Below, piece by piece: positions 18,877-28,764 of a stretch of 55,039 nt of DNA. The DNA is from an uncultured Collinsella sp. (GTDB lineage Bacteria; Actinomycetota; Coriobacteriia; Coriobacteriales; Coriobacteriaceae), in NCBI GenBank assembly GCA_900549185.1, contig URNM01000001.1:1-55039 (forward strand), read 5' to 3'. Position numbers and translations under genes: made by a program. The notes under the pieces are model-generated. The model did not search any database, was not told the origin of the DNA, and was given only the letters and a program-made list of their open reading frames with translations. Within the stretch, counting starts at the first letter, position 1; every line of letters begins with the position of its first letter.

Positions 18877-19254
18877 TTAGAGAGCGGCGACGACCTCGAT
18901 CTCGACCAGACCGCCAGCCGGAAGGGCGGCAACCTGAAATGCGCTGCGCGCGGGGAACGGAGCCTCGAACTTGGAGGCGTAGATCTCGTTCACGGCAGCG
19001 AAGTCGGCGATGTCGGCCAGGTAGACCGTGGTCTTGACGACATCGGCAAAGGTGGCGCCGGCAGCGGTCAGCAGGGCCTCGACGTTAGCAAGGGACTGCT
19101 TAGCCTGGGCCTCGACGCCCTCGGGCATCTTGCCGGTTGCAGGGTCGATGCCCAGCTGGCCGGACAGGAACACCATGTTGCCGGTCTGGATGCCGGGGGA
19201 ATACGGGCCGATGGCTGCAGGTGCGTTATCGGAAGACACGACGGTCTTGCTCAT
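18877..19254 (-). CDS. ridA: RidA family enamine/imine deaminase
   Basis: APAAIGPYS, SGQL, FPARS, LVEIE; MSKTVV start with AAGGAG. Confidence 0.92.
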   Translation of the reverse strand: MSKTVVSSDNAPAAIGPYSPGIQTGNMVFLSGQLGIDPATGKMPEGVEAQAKQSLANVEALLTAAGATFADVVKTTVYLADIADFAAVNEIYASKFEAPFPARSAFQVAALPAGGLVEIEVVAAL

Positions 19255-19455
19255 GTTTATCTCCTTACGATTAGTTGAGAGAGCGTGAGCGCGGCGTTCA
19301 CACCGGGAGGCACAATTCGGTCTGAACACCGCGCTTGATTTGGGATAGTACCCAAGGTTCCCGCGCGATGCAAGATTATTATCACCTTGCGAGAATATTT
19401 TATCGCCCAACGGCGCCTGTCGGCCGCTGAACGGCACGACCGGACGGTGAAGCTC

Positions 19456-19527
19456 AAAATGATCCGTTTCCCTCCGTCCCCAGCGGATCAGGCGGTCCAT
19501 GGGGGACGGAGGGAAACGGATCATTTT
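19456..19527. repeat. REP doublet (26-bp inverted pair with 20-nt spacer)
   Basis: aaaatgatccgtttccctccgtcccc...ggggacggagggaaacggatcatttt. Confidence 0.85.
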
Positions 19528-19633
19528 TGCTGCAAGGGCTGCTGAAGACTTTATCCTGCTTGGGCCACAGGGCTCGTCCGCCGCAACAGCGCCACTATAC
19601 TTTTGAGTATCTGAGCATTTTGAAAGGCAGGAT

Positions 19634-22126
19634 ATGACCGCAATCGCCAGTCGAACCACCAACCGCAGACCCGAGCTCTTGGCCCCCGCCGGAGGCCCGG
19701 AGCCCTTTGCCGCCGCACTCGCTGCCGGGGCAGACGCCATCTACTGCGGCATGGGCAGCTTCAACGCCCGCCGCAAGGCCACCAACTTTACCGACGAGGC
19801 CTTTGAGCAGGCCTGCTGTGCTGCACACCTGGCCGGGTCGCGCGTCTACGTCACGGTCAACATCGTCATCAAGCAGTCCGAGATGGGCGATGCGCTGCAA
19901 CTCATCCATCGCTGCTCCACGCTGGGCGCCGACGCCTTTATCATCCAGGACTGGGGCCTGTTCTTTGAGGTCAAGCGCACGATGCCCGGCATCGAGACGC
20001 ACATCTCAACCCAGGCGAACATCCACGACGACCGTGGAACCCTTTGGTGCCGCGAGCAGGGCGCCGACCGCGTGACCCTCTCGCGCGAGCTCTCCATTGA
20101 CGAGATCGCTGCCATCCACGACGCCGCACCCGATGTGGACCTTGAGGTCTTTAGCCATGGCGCCATCTGCTTTTGCTACTCGGGCCTGTGCCTGCTTTCG
20201 AGCTTTGCCATGGCGGGCCGCTCGGCCAACCGTGGCATGTGCGCCCAGCCCTGCCGCCTGCCTTACGAGCTGATCGACGAGAACGGTCGCGTGCTCTCCC
20301 TTGCCGGTCGCGAGCGCGCGCTGTGCCCGCGCGACACCAACACTTCGCAGCTTGTTCGCCGTCTGTATGACGCCGGCGCCGCATCGCTCAAGCTCGAGGG
20401 CCGCATGAAGGCCCCCGATTACGTGTATTCCATCGTCGACGTGTATCGTCACGAAATTGACGACATGCTATCCGGAGCCACCGTTGCCAAGGACGAGGAA
20501 GCCGCCCGCCAGCGTCAGCTCAAGCGCTGCTTCAACCGCGACTTTACGCACGCTTATCAGGACGGCACCTCGGGCGACGAGATGATGAGCTATGAGCGTT
20601 CCAACAACCGCGGCCAGATCGTTGGCACGGTGCTGGGCAGCCGTCTGGCCAACCGCGACGTGCGTGGGCTCAAACCCGACGACCGCCGTCGCCGCGCCGC
20701 CATCGCCCGCATTGAGCTGTTTGAGCCCGTGGGCAAGGGCGACCTGCTGGAGCTTCGCCACGATAACGAGTTTGATCAGTTCCTGACCACCATTGCCGCC
20801 GATGATGCCGCCGCCGGTGACATCATTGAGTGCCGCGTGCCCCGCAGCATGCCCGAGGGCTGCCGCGTCCGCGTGATTCGCAGTCAGCGTGCCATTGACG
20901 CCGCCGGCGCCGCGCTCAAGCGCGATGTGCTGCGCCGCCGCGCCGTAGATGTGTCCGTCGTGGCGCGTCTGGGCAAGCCGTTTACCGTTACGCTCACCTG
21001 CTGCGACGACCCCGCGCTCATCGCCACCGCCACGGGCTTCACCGTCGAGGCCGCCAAGACCCGCGCCGTCGAGGCGGCAGACCTGGTTGAGCATGTGGGC
21101 CGCATGGGCTCCTCGCCCTTTGAGGCTGCGAGCTTTGATGTGACGCTCGATGAGGGCTGCGGCATGGGGTTCTCCGCTGTGCACAAGGTGCGCGCTGCCG
21201 CCTGCAAGGCGCTGGAGGAGGCCATTCTGGCACCGTATGAGAAGCGTGCGAAAACGCTCGAGATTCCGGGGCTCGACAAATGTACGCACGCCATACCCGA
21301 GCATTACCGCGATGAGCCGCAGATCTGCGCCACCGTCACCTCGCTCGAGGCCGTCGAGGCAGCCCGCGCGGAGGGTGCAACGCGCCTCTACATGACCACC
21401 GACGTGCTCGAGGCTGTCGGACTCTCCCCTGCCGATGCATTTGAGCAGGGTATCGTGCCCGTACTCGACGAGGTCTGCCGTGCTGTTGACCACGAGCGCG
21501 TTGACCCCTGGATCAATGCCGGAGCCACCGTCGCCGTCGGCAATATCTCCGAGCTCGCCGTAGCCGCGCAGACCGGCGCCACGGCCGAGATTCGCTCTTG
21601 CCTGCCGGTGCACAACACGCCCTGCATGGAGGCGCTTGCCGAGCGTGGAGCCGGTGCGTTTTGGCTCTCGCCCGAGATCACGCTCGACGAGATTGTCTCG
21701 CTCGGCGCCGCCGCGCCCGCGGCTCTGGGCATCACCGTCTTTGGCCGCCCGCGCGTTATGACAAGCGAGCACTGCATTCTGCAGGTTGCCAACGGCTGCA
21801 TCCACGATTGCGCCAACTGCCGCCTGCGCGCCCGCAAGCTCTCGCTCAAGAATATCGACGGAAAGGTCATGCCTGTCCGCACCGATATCCACGGCCGCTC
21901 TCGCCTGTACGATGCCCATCCCATCGACCTCACGCCGCAGGTCCCTCAGCTGCTCGATGCCGGCGTGCGTCGTCTCATGGTGGACGGAACGCTGCTCGAG
22001 ACGGATGAGGTGGGCCGCGCCGTCGCCCGCGTTCGTCGCGCCGTCGAGGCCGCGCAAGCCGGCCGCAAGCCCGCCGCCCGCCTACGCGGGGCGACCTCGG
22101 GCTGCATGTTTGTGGGAATCAGCTAA
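19634..22126 (+). CDS. Peptidase U32 family protein, long form (RlhA-like rRNA hydroxylation)
   Basis: PELLAPAG, AGADAIY, HGAICFCYSGLC, SANRGMCAQPCR, LKLEGRMK. Confidence 0.88.
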   Translation: MTAIASRTTNRRPELLAPAGGPEPFAAALAAGADAIYCGMGSFNARRKATNFTDEAFEQACCAAHLAGSRVYVTVNIVIKQSEMGDALQLIHRCSTLGADAFIIQDWGLFFEVKRTMPGIETHISTQANIHDDRGTLWCREQGADRVTLSRELSIDEIAAIHDAAPDVDLEVFSHGAICFCYSGLCLLSSFAMAGRSANRGMCAQPCRLPYELIDENGRVLSLAGRERALCPRDTNTSQLVRRLYDAGAASLKLEGRMKAPDYVYSIVDVYRHEIDDMLSGATVAKDEEAARQRQLKRCFNRDFTHAYQDGTSGDEMMSYERSNNRGQIVGTVLGSRLANRDVRGLKPDDRRRRAAIARIELFEPVGKGDLLELRHDNEFDQFLTTIAADDAAAGDIIECRVPRSMPEGCRVRVIRSQRAIDAAGAALKRDVLRRRAVDVSVVARLGKPFTVTLTCCDDPALIATATGFTVEAAKTRAVEAADLVEHVGRMGSSPFEAASFDVTLDEGCGMGFSAVHKVRAAACKALEEAILAPYEKRAKTLEIPGLDKCTHAIPEHYRDEPQICATVTSLEAVEAARAEGATRLYMTTDVLEAVGLSPADAFEQGIVPVLDEVCRAVDHERVDPWINAGATVAVGNISELAVAAQTGATAEIRSCLPVHNTPCMEALAERGAGAFWLSPEITLDEIVSLGAAAPAALGITVFGRPRVMTSEHCILQVANGCIHDCANCRLRARKLSLKNIDGKVMPVRTDIHGRSRLYDAHPIDLTPQVPQLLDAGVRRLMVDGTLLETDEVGRAVARVRRAVEAAQAGRKPAARLRGATSGCMFVGIS

Positions 22127-22141
22127 CCGAAAGGCTTACAC

Positions 22142-22801
22142 GTGAACGAAGAACCTCAAGTCCTCTACTGCGACGCCTGGCTCATGGCCATCGACAAGCC
22201 CGCCGGCATGATCGTCCACGGCGACGGCACCGGCGAGCGCACGCTTACCGACTACGCCAGCGACCTGCTGTTGGCGATGGGCGACGGCTTTGCCGCAACC
22301 GACATGCAGCCGCTCAACCGCCTGGACCGTGACACCACCGGCGTGGTGCTGTTTTCGCTCGACAAGCAGACGCAGCCCGCCTTTGACCAGATGGTCATCG
22401 ACCACGTTTTCGAAAAGCACTACCTGGCGCTCGCCGAGGGCAAGATCGACTGGAACGAGAAGCTCATCGACAAGCCCATCGCCCGCGACCGTCACGACAG
22501 CCGCAAGATGCGCGTCGGCGCCAGTGGCAAGCCGTCTCAAACGCGCGTGAAGGTGCTCAAGCGTCTTAAGAGCCGTCGTGGCCTGCCCACGCGCTCGTAT
22601 ATCGATGTCGAGCTGCTCACCGGCCGCAAACACCAGATCCGCGTGCATCTGGCGAGCGAGCGTCATCCCCTGGTGGGCGACGAGCTCTACGGCACGCCGC
22701 GTCCCTGCGGCCTGATGCTCCATGCCCACAGCGTGTCCTTTACGCATCCCGTAACCGGCGAGCACATCCACATCGAAGCCCCCTGCCCCTGGGAGCCCTA
22801 A
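22142..22801 (+). CDS. RluA family pseudouridine synthase
   Basis: DKPAG, NRLDRDTTG, TGRKHQIRVH, LVGDELYG, LHA. Confidence 0.92.
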   Translation: MNEEPQVLYCDAWLMAIDKPAGMIVHGDGTGERTLTDYASDLLLAMGDGFAATDMQPLNRLDRDTTGVVLFSLDKQTQPAFDQMVIDHVFEKHYLALAEGKIDWNEKLIDKPIARDRHDSRKMRVGASGKPSQTRVKVLKRLKSRRGLPTRSYIDVELLTGRKHQIRVHLASERHPLVGDELYGTPRPCGLMLHAHSVSFTHPVTGEHIHIEAPCPWEP

Positions 22802-22832
22802 ACCACCACAATGGGGACAGGCACCTTTGTGG
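22802..22832 (+). repeat. REP-like hairpin ACCACCACAATGGGGACAGGCACCTTTGTGG (copy 1)
   Basis: Identical direct copy at 23173-23203. Confidence 0.8.
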
Positions 22833-22869
22833 TGGTTTTGCCGCAATGGCTCAGCCGCGATCCCAAAAC

Positions 22870-23087
22870 GTCTCGATCCGTAACAGTTAGAACCCTTTTT
22901 CCGGTCTATCTGTTACAGATCGAGACATTCGAATCCCCCTTAAGGGAAAATCTCAATCTGTAACAACAACTCGGCAAAATCACCCCAAGATGTTACAGAT
23001 TGAGACAAAGGGACGGCGCGGTTCGGAAGTATCTCAATCTGTAACATCTAACCCACTTTTAACGGTCTAGTTGTTACAGACTTAGAC
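22870..23087. repeat. Array C: 6 copies of a 16-bp motif RTCTCRATCTGTAACA in alternating orientation, 23-25 nt spacers, 80-81 bp period
   Basis: Copies start at 22870, 22911, 22950, 22991, 23031, 23072. Confidence 0.9.
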
Positions 23088-23104
23088 AAAACCGGCAGAC
23101 AACG

Positions 23105-23140
23105 AAAGCGGCAACGCCCGTAATGGACGTTGCCGCTTTT
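23105..23140. terminator. Terminator-like hairpin between convergent genes
   Basis: aaagcggcaacg...cgttgccgctttt. Confidence 0.65.
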
Positions 23141-23172
23141 CTATTGAGAAAACTACTCGGTTTTCGTTACTT

Positions 23173-23203
23173 ACCACCACAATGGGGACAGGCACCTTTG
23201 TGG
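23173..23203 (+). repeat. REP-like hairpin (copy 2)
   Basis: 31-bp identity to 22802-22832. Confidence 0.8.
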
Positions 23204-23232
23204 CGGCTTTGGCCTTGTCCTGTCCCCTGTCG

Positions 23233-23979
23233 CTAGGCCGTGATGACGTTATCCATCGCCCGATACTTGGCGGGGACCTCACCTGCGGTAATAATCGTTG
23301 CGTCGCGGAAGTCCGCGAACTTAACGGGCGCCACCATGCCGAATTTGCTGGCGTCCGAGATTACGAAGCGTTTGGCGGTATGGCGCATCGAGATACGCTT
23401 GACCTGCGCTTCCTCGATATCCGGTGTGGTGAGACCTTGCTCGGCGGCGATGCCATTGGAACCCCAAAAGCCGCAGTTGAAGTTATAGCGGTCCAGGGTT
23501 GCCAAGGCATCGGGGCCAACGAGTGCTTCGGTCTCGGGCTTGAGCTCGCCGCCTAGCACCACGGTGCGCATGCCGCGCAGAGCGAGGTGCTGAGCATGGA
23601 GCACAGAATCGGTCACATAGGTGACGCCGTCGAGATGCGGAAGATGCTCGATGAGCTTGAGGGTCGTGGAGCCCGAATCGATATACACAAAGCTATCGGG
23701 CTCCACCAGGGCCGCAGCACGGGCGCAGATGCGCTCCTTGTCATCGTTATGGAGATCGCTGCGCTCGTTGATCGTCAGGTCGCGCGTCACGTGCGCGCGC
23801 TCCAGACTCGTCGCGCCTCCGTGCACCTTGGCGATACGGTGTGCGCGGTCGAGCGTCTGCAAGTCGCGCCGAATGGTGGACGGTGTCACGCCCAGGGCTT
23901 CAGCAAGCTCCGGTACGGTAACCGAGCCGGCCTGCTGCACCATCGACACGATTGCGTTGAGCCTATCTTCCGCAAGCAT
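23233..23979 (-). CDS. DeoR/GlpR family regulator (FruR-like)
   Basis: STIRRDL...KVHGGA, YIDSGST, GLTTPD, DASKFG. Confidence 0.92.
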   Translation of the reverse strand: MLAEDRLNAIVSMVQQAGSVTVPELAEALGVTPSTIRRDLQTLDRAHRIAKVHGGATSLERAHVTRDLTINERSDLHNDDKERICARAAALVEPDSFVYIDSGSTTLKLIEHLPHLDGVTYVTDSVLHAQHLALRGMRTVVLGGELKPETEALVGPDALATLDRYNFNCGFWGSNGIAAEQGLTTPDIEEAQVKRISMRHTAKRFVISDASKFGMVAPVKFADFRDATIITAGEVPAKYRAMDNVITA

Positions 23980-23982
23980 CGC

Positions 23983-25065
23983 TTACTCCTCCTCGGGGTA
24001 CACGACTCCCCAGTCGGCGCGAAGCTTGGTCATAAGCTCCATAACATCAGAAGCATAGCCCAGCAGCTCGCGCTTCGAATCATCGCCGGCAACGGCCTTC
24101 TCCAGGTCGGCCATCTCGTAGCACAGTGCGTAGGCTTCGGTGCCAGCGTGGACCTCCTCACGGTGACCGTCCGCAGTCCACACGATGGTCGCATGGTCGG
24201 CGCGCGGATACTCGTTGACCTCGATATAGCACTTATCGAAACTGATGACCGAGCGCTTGGGCTGCTTGGAGTGGAGCGTAAGACTCACCACGCCCAGCTG
24301 CTGCTCGGCGTTACGGCAGACAATGCCGCCCGCAACGTCGACACCGGTCTCACAGGTGTTGCCCAGAGACACGACCTCGGCGGGTTGGCTGGCCATAAAC
24401 AGGCGCATGACGGAGAGCGCATACACGCCAATGTCGAGCATGGCGCCGCCGGCAAGACTACGGTTGTAGAAACGATTGGTCAGGTCGCCGTACTCCTTAT
24501 AGCTGCCAAAGTTGAGCTGGGCAAGGTTCATGCGGCCAAAGTCTCCCGCGTCCATGCGACGGCGCAGCTCCTGATATAGCGGCATGTGGAGCACCGTGGT
24601 GGCGTCCATAAGGACCACGTTGTGCTCGTCGGCGATGGCACGGGCCTCGTCGAGCTCGGCAGAGTTAAGGGTAATGGCCTTCTCACAGAGCACGTGCTTG
24701 CTGGCGGCGAGCGCGGCACGCAGATAGGTGATATGCGTGTTGTGCGGCGTGGTGATATAGACGGCGTCGATGTCCGGATCGGCATAGAGGTCCTCAACCG
24801 TTTCGTACACCTTCTCGACGCCATACTGCTCGGCAAAAGCCTGGGCCTTGGACAGCGTACGGTTGGCGACACCCGCGAGCTTGCGGCCGGCAAGGGCGAG
24901 AGACTGGGCCATCTGGTTGGCGATAACGCCGCAACCGACCACAGCCCAGCGAAGCTCGGGTGCCGTAAAGATATCATCGGGGAACGGCTGATCCTGGACC
25001 GAGGCAAACGCCGCCTTTGCGGCTGTCTCGGCGTCGAGCGGAGCCTGTTTGGAATCTGCCATCAT
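23983..25065 (-). CDS. Gfo/Idh/MocA family oxidoreductase
   Basis: VVGCGVIA, DAVYITTPHNTH, KHVLCEK, GGAMLDIGVY. Confidence 0.9.
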   Translation of the reverse strand: MMADSKQAPLDAETAAKAAFASVQDQPFPDDIFTAPELRWAVVGCGVIANQMAQSLALAGRKLAGVANRTLSKAQAFAEQYGVEKVYETVEDLYADPDIDAVYITTPHNTHITYLRAALAASKHVLCEKAITLNSAELDEARAIADEHNVVLMDATTVLHMPLYQELRRRMDAGDFGRMNLAQLNFGSYKEYGDLTNRFYNRSLAGGAMLDIGVYALSVMRLFMASQPAEVVSLGNTCETGVDVAGGIVCRNAEQQLGVVSLTLHSKQPKRSVISFDKCYIEVNEYPRADHATIVWTADGHREEVHAGTEAYALCYEMADLEKAVAGDDSKRELLGYASDVMELMTKLRADWGVVYPEEE

Positions 25066-25507
25066 GTGCCTCCTGAGTCATCGAAGGTTCTTCATTTCCA
25101 ACAGCCTTATATTCGCACGATTACGCGCGCATTTGCTTGTATTTGCGTGTTTATTTGTTTATCGGTCATTATTTAACCATAGTTAGCAGATGTTTGCGCG
25201 GCTATGCGCATTATCGCGCAAGACTCCGCGCGTAAATGCGCATACGACGATTCTTACGAAACATAAAGAGGCGGAACACCAAAGCCTAAGAGAGAGCGGG
25301 CTGTATTACTCCACCCCTCTGAGAAGGCATCAGGTATCAATGAACCGCCCCGAACTACCGGCACATAGGGACTATACCCAGCTGCCGGCACTTGAAGGGA
25401 CTGTCCCCATGTGACGCTTTAGTGGCAAGGCTGTCCCCGTCAACTAGCCGTTTAAGAACGTCCCCAACGACTACTCATTTAAGTCTGTCCCCAATGAGTG
25501 GGGATAG

Positions 25508-25541
25508 AAAAAGGCCCGGGTGCCGTGGCATCCGGGCCTTT
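25508..25541 (-). terminator. Terminator after rplX
   Basis: aaaaaggcccgg...ccgggccttt. Confidence 0.85.
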
Positions 25542-25567
25542 GCTAGCAACTTGATGTTGCGGGCAGC

Positions 25568-25873
25568 TTAGAACTTGTGGCCGCACTTCTTGCAGACGCG
25601 CAGCTTGTTCTTGCCGTCCTTCTCGTGACCGACGCGGGTAACCTTACCGCACTCGGGGCAAACGAGATTGACGTTGGAGGCGTCGATGGGAGCCTCCTGC
25701 GAAACGATGCCGCCCTGCTGGTTGGCAGCGTTGGGCTTGACGGCCTTCTTGACGACCGAAACGCCCTCGACAACGACCTTGTTCTCGGCGGGGAGAGCAC
25801 GCAGGACAACGCCCTGCTTGCCGCGATCCTTACCAGAGAGAACCTGGACCTTATCGCCCTTCTTGATATACAT
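25568..25873 (-). CDS. rplX: 50S ribosomal protein L24
   Basis: [28 protein letters not shown]. Confidence 0.97.
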   Translation of the reverse strand: MYIKKGDKVQVLSGKDRGKQGVVLRALPAENKVVVEGVSVVKKAVKPNAANQQGGIVSQEAPIDASNVNLVCPECGKVTRVGHEKDGKNKLRVCKKCGHKF

Positions 25874-25886
25874 ATATCTCCCCTAA

Positions 25887-26255
25887 CTACAGGGTCTCGG
25901 GAGCGAGCGAGACGATCTTCATGTACTTCTTGTCACGAAGCTCGCGAGCGACGGGCCCGAAGATACGGGTGCCGACGGGCGAACCATCGTTGTTGATGAC
26001 AACGCAGGCGTTCTCATCAAAGCGAATGTAGGAGCCATCCTTGCGGCGGATCTCCTTAACGGTGCGAACGACGACGCAACGGACAACGTCCTTCTTCTTG
26101 ACGTTGGCGCCAGGGGTAGCCTCCTGGACAGCACCGATGAACACATCGCCGATGCCTGCATAACGACGCTTGGAACCGCCAAGCACCTTGATGCAGCGAA
26201 TCTTGCGAGCGCCGGAGTTGTCGGCGACGTTCAGCATGGTTTGCATCTGAATCAT
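25887..26255 (-). CDS. rplN: 50S ribosomal protein L14
   Basis: [20 protein letters not shown]. Confidence 0.98.
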   Translation of the reverse strand: MIQMQTMLNVADNSGARKIRCIKVLGGSKRRYAGIGDVFIGAVQEATPGANVKKKDVVRCVVVRTVKEIRRKDGSYIRFDENACVVINNDGSPVGTRIFGPVARELRDKKYMKIVSLAPETL

Positions 26256-26373
26256 GGTAGATGTTCCTCCGAACTAAGAACCGAAGAGAGGTGCGCAGCC
26301 TTTATGCGGCCCGTGGTATGCAAGCCAGGCATACGCACATCTTCGGAAACGTACAAGTCGTAAGAGCGACTGC

Positions 26374-26634
26374 TTATTTAGCGCGCTCGACGACCTCGAT
26401 GAGGCGCCAACGCTTCATCTTGGACATAGGACGGGTCTCCATAACGCGGACGGTGTCGCCCACGCCAGCCGTGCACTCCTCGTCGTGAGCGTGCAGCTTC
26501 TTGGAGCTGGTCATCATCTTGCCGTACTTGGGGTGACGCTTACGCTCGGTGATGGTGACAACAATGGTCTTGGCACCGGAGACGGAGGTAACGACACCCG
26601 TACGGACCTTACGCGAGTTACGCGAATCAGTCAT
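26374..26634 (-). CDS. rpsQ: 30S ribosomal protein S17
   Basis: HPKYGK, HAHDE, ETRPMSK. Confidence 0.97.
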   Translation of the reverse strand: MTDSRNSRKVRTGVVTSVSGAKTIVVTITERKRHPKYGKMMTSSKKLHAHDEECTAGVGDTVRVMETRPMSKMKRWRLIEVVERAK

Positions 26635-26650
26635 GTTCTCTCCTTAGGTC

Positions 26651-26866
26651 CTACTCGGCGACAGCGGACTTCTCCGCTGCGATCTCACGGGCGCGCTGCT
26701 CCGTGAGGACGCGAGCGATGTCCTTCTTCACGGTGTTGACGCGAGCGGTGTTGTCCAGCTGGCTGGTGGCCATCTGGAAACGAAGGTTAAAGAGCTCGGC
26801 GCGCATTTCCTTCAGCTTCTCAACGAGCTGAGCGTCCGAGAGCTCACGAATCTCTGCGGGCTTCAT
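26651..26866 (-). CDS. rpmC: 50S ribosomal protein L29
   Basis: ELFNLRFQ, KKDIARVLT. Confidence 0.97.
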   Translation of the reverse strand: MKPAEIRELSDAQLVEKLKEMRAELFNLRFQMATSQLDNTARVNTVKKDIARVLTEQRAREIAAEKSAVAE

Positions 26867-27369
26867 TAGTTCTCCTCCTTGGCGGCGGCGGCGTCCTCAG
26901 CAGCCCACTTGGCCTCGAGAGCGGCCTCCTCAGCCATCTCCTTCTCGATGCGCTGCTCAGCGTTCTTGGCAGCAACAATCTTGGTCTTGATGGGAAGCTT
27001 GTGCTGTGCAAGACGCAGAGCCTCGCGAGCGACCTCCTCGGGCACGCCCTTGACCTCGAACATGATGCGGCCGGGCTTGACGACGGCCACCCACTCCTCG
27101 GGGTTACCCTTACCAGAACCCATGCGAGTCTCGGCAGGCTTCTTGGTGATGGGCTTATCGGGGAAGATCGTGATGTAGACACGACCGCCACGCTTCATGT
27201 AGCGGGTCATGGCAATACGAGCGGCCTCGATCTGACGGTTGGTGATCCAATGGGCCTCGAGAGCCTGGATACCAAACTCGCCGAAATGCAGCTCGGTATT
27301 ACCCTTGGCCTGGCCCTTCATGGAGCCACGCTGCACCTTGCGGTGAAGAATACGCTTAGGGGCAAGCAC
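26866..27369 (-). CDS. rplP: 50S ribosomal protein L16
   Basis: [21 protein letters not shown] start. Confidence 0.97.
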   Translation of the reverse strand: MLAPKRILHRKVQRGSMKGQAKGNTELHFGEFGIQALEAHWITNRQIEAARIAMTRYMKRGGRVYITIFPDKPITKKPAETRMGSGKGNPEEWVAVVKPGRIMFEVKGVPEEVAREALRLAQHKLPIKTKIVAAKNAEQRIEKEMAEEAALEAKWAAEDAAAAKEEN

Positions 27370-28079
27370 TACTGACCCCTCCTCTCGGAGTTACGACGAC
27401 GAGGACGGGAAGAGCCCTCGAGTGCAGGGTTGGGAACAGGCTGGCCCGGGAGCTTCTCGCCCAGGTAGATCCAGACCTTCACGCCGCAAGCGCCCATGGT
27501 GGTGCTGGCGACAGCCGTGCCGTAGTCGATCTTGGCACGGAGGGTGTGCAGAGGCACACGACCCTCGCGGTACCACTCACGACGGCCCATCTCGGCACCG
27601 CCGAGACGACCGGAGCACTGGATACGGATGCCCTTAGCGCCGGCCTTGCGGGCGGACTGGACAGCCTTGCGCATAGCGCGACGGAAGGCAACGCGGCCCT
27701 CGAGCTGCTCGGCGATAGACTGAGCAACGAGGTTGGCGTCGAGCTCGGGGCGCTTGATCTCGACAACGTCGACGGAGAGCTGGCCCTTGGAGACGCCAGC
27801 GACCTTCTCGAGCTCGGTGCGGAGGGTATCGATCTCGGCACCCTTCTTACCGATGACAACGCCGGGGCGAGCGGTGAGGATAATGACCTTCACCTTGTCG
27901 CCAGCGCGCTCGATCTCGACGCGGGAGACAGCTGCGCGGGAAAGACGCTTCTCGAGGTACTTGCGAATCTCGAGATCGTTACCGAGGGTCTTAGCGTAAT
28001 CCTTCTCTGCGAACCAGCGGGAGCGCCAGTTCTCGGTGATGCCAAGACGGAAGCCGGTGGGGTAGACTTTCTGACCCAT
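27369..28079 (-). CDS. rpsC: 30S ribosomal protein S3
   Basis: [22 protein letters not shown]. Confidence 0.98.
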   Translation of the reverse strand: MGQKVYPTGFRLGITENWRSRWFAEKDYAKTLGNDLEIRKYLEKRLSRAAVSRVEIERAGDKVKVIILTARPGVVIGKKGAEIDTLRTELEKVAGVSKGQLSVDVVEIKRPELDANLVAQSIAEQLEGRVAFRRAMRKAVQSARKAGAKGIRIQCSGRLGGAEMGRREWYREGRVPLHTLRAKIDYGTAVASTTMGACGVKVWIYLGEKLPGQPVPNPALEGSSRPRRRNSERRGQ

Positions 28080-28085
28080 ACAGCT

Positions 28086-28457
28086 TTACGCCTCCTTTCG
28101 AGGAGCAACGACGACGGTGATGTGGGAAGTACGCTTCAGAATGCGAGAAGCGGAACCCTTGGCGCGGGGACGGATGCGCTTAAGCGTCGGACCCTCGTCA
28201 ACATAGGCAGCGGCGACAACCAGGTTGTCGGCACGCAGACCGTTGTTGTTCTCGGCGTTCGCAACGGCGGAACGGAGAACCTTCTCGACATCCACGGCGA
28301 CGGCGCGGTCGCAGAAGTGGAGGATGTCGAAGGCCTGAGCGACAGGCTTGCGGCGGATCAGATCGACCACCAGGCGGGCCTTGCTGGGGGAAACACGCAC
28401 GTACTTAGCGACGGCGCGAACCTCGGTGGCCTCAGTTTCAATAGACTTAGTTGCCAT
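28086..28457 (-). CDS. rplV: 50S ribosomal protein L22
   Basis: [21 protein letters not shown]. Confidence 0.97.
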   Translation of the reverse strand: MATKSIETEATEVRAVAKYVRVSPSKARLVVDLIRRKPVAQAFDILHFCDRAVAVDVEKVLRSAVANAENNNGLRADNLVVAAAYVDEGPTLKRIRPRAKGSASRILKRTSHITVVVAPRKEA

Positions 28458-28471
28458 TTACGGTTAACCCC

Positions 28472-28732
28472 CTATTTGGCCTTGTGGCCACGGAACGTAC
28501 GAGTCGGCGCGAACTCGCCGAGCTTGTGACCAACCATGGACTCGGTAACATACACGGGCACATGCTTGCGGCCGTCGTGGACGGCGATGGTGTGACCAAC
28601 CATCTCGGGGAAGATGGTGGACGCGCGGGACCAGGTCTTCACGACGTCCTTCTTGCCAGCCTCGTTCATCGCGGTGATACGCGAGAGAAGGCGAGTCTCC
28701 ACGAACGGGCCCTTTTTGAGACTTCTGCTCAT
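28472..28732 (-). CDS. rpsS: 30S ribosomal protein S19
   Basis: [22 protein letters not shown]. Confidence 0.98.
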   Translation of the reverse strand: MSRSLKKGPFVETRLLSRITAMNEAGKKDVVKTWSRASTIFPEMVGHTIAVHDGRKHVPVYVTESMVGHKLGEFAPTRTFRGHKAK

Positions 28733-28764
28733 AAGTGCTTTCTCCTAAAACTCGGTATCCGAAA

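Noticed and set aside
22870..23087. Array C as a CRISPR array
   Set aside because: Alternating inverted 16-bp motifs, with no leader or cas context.
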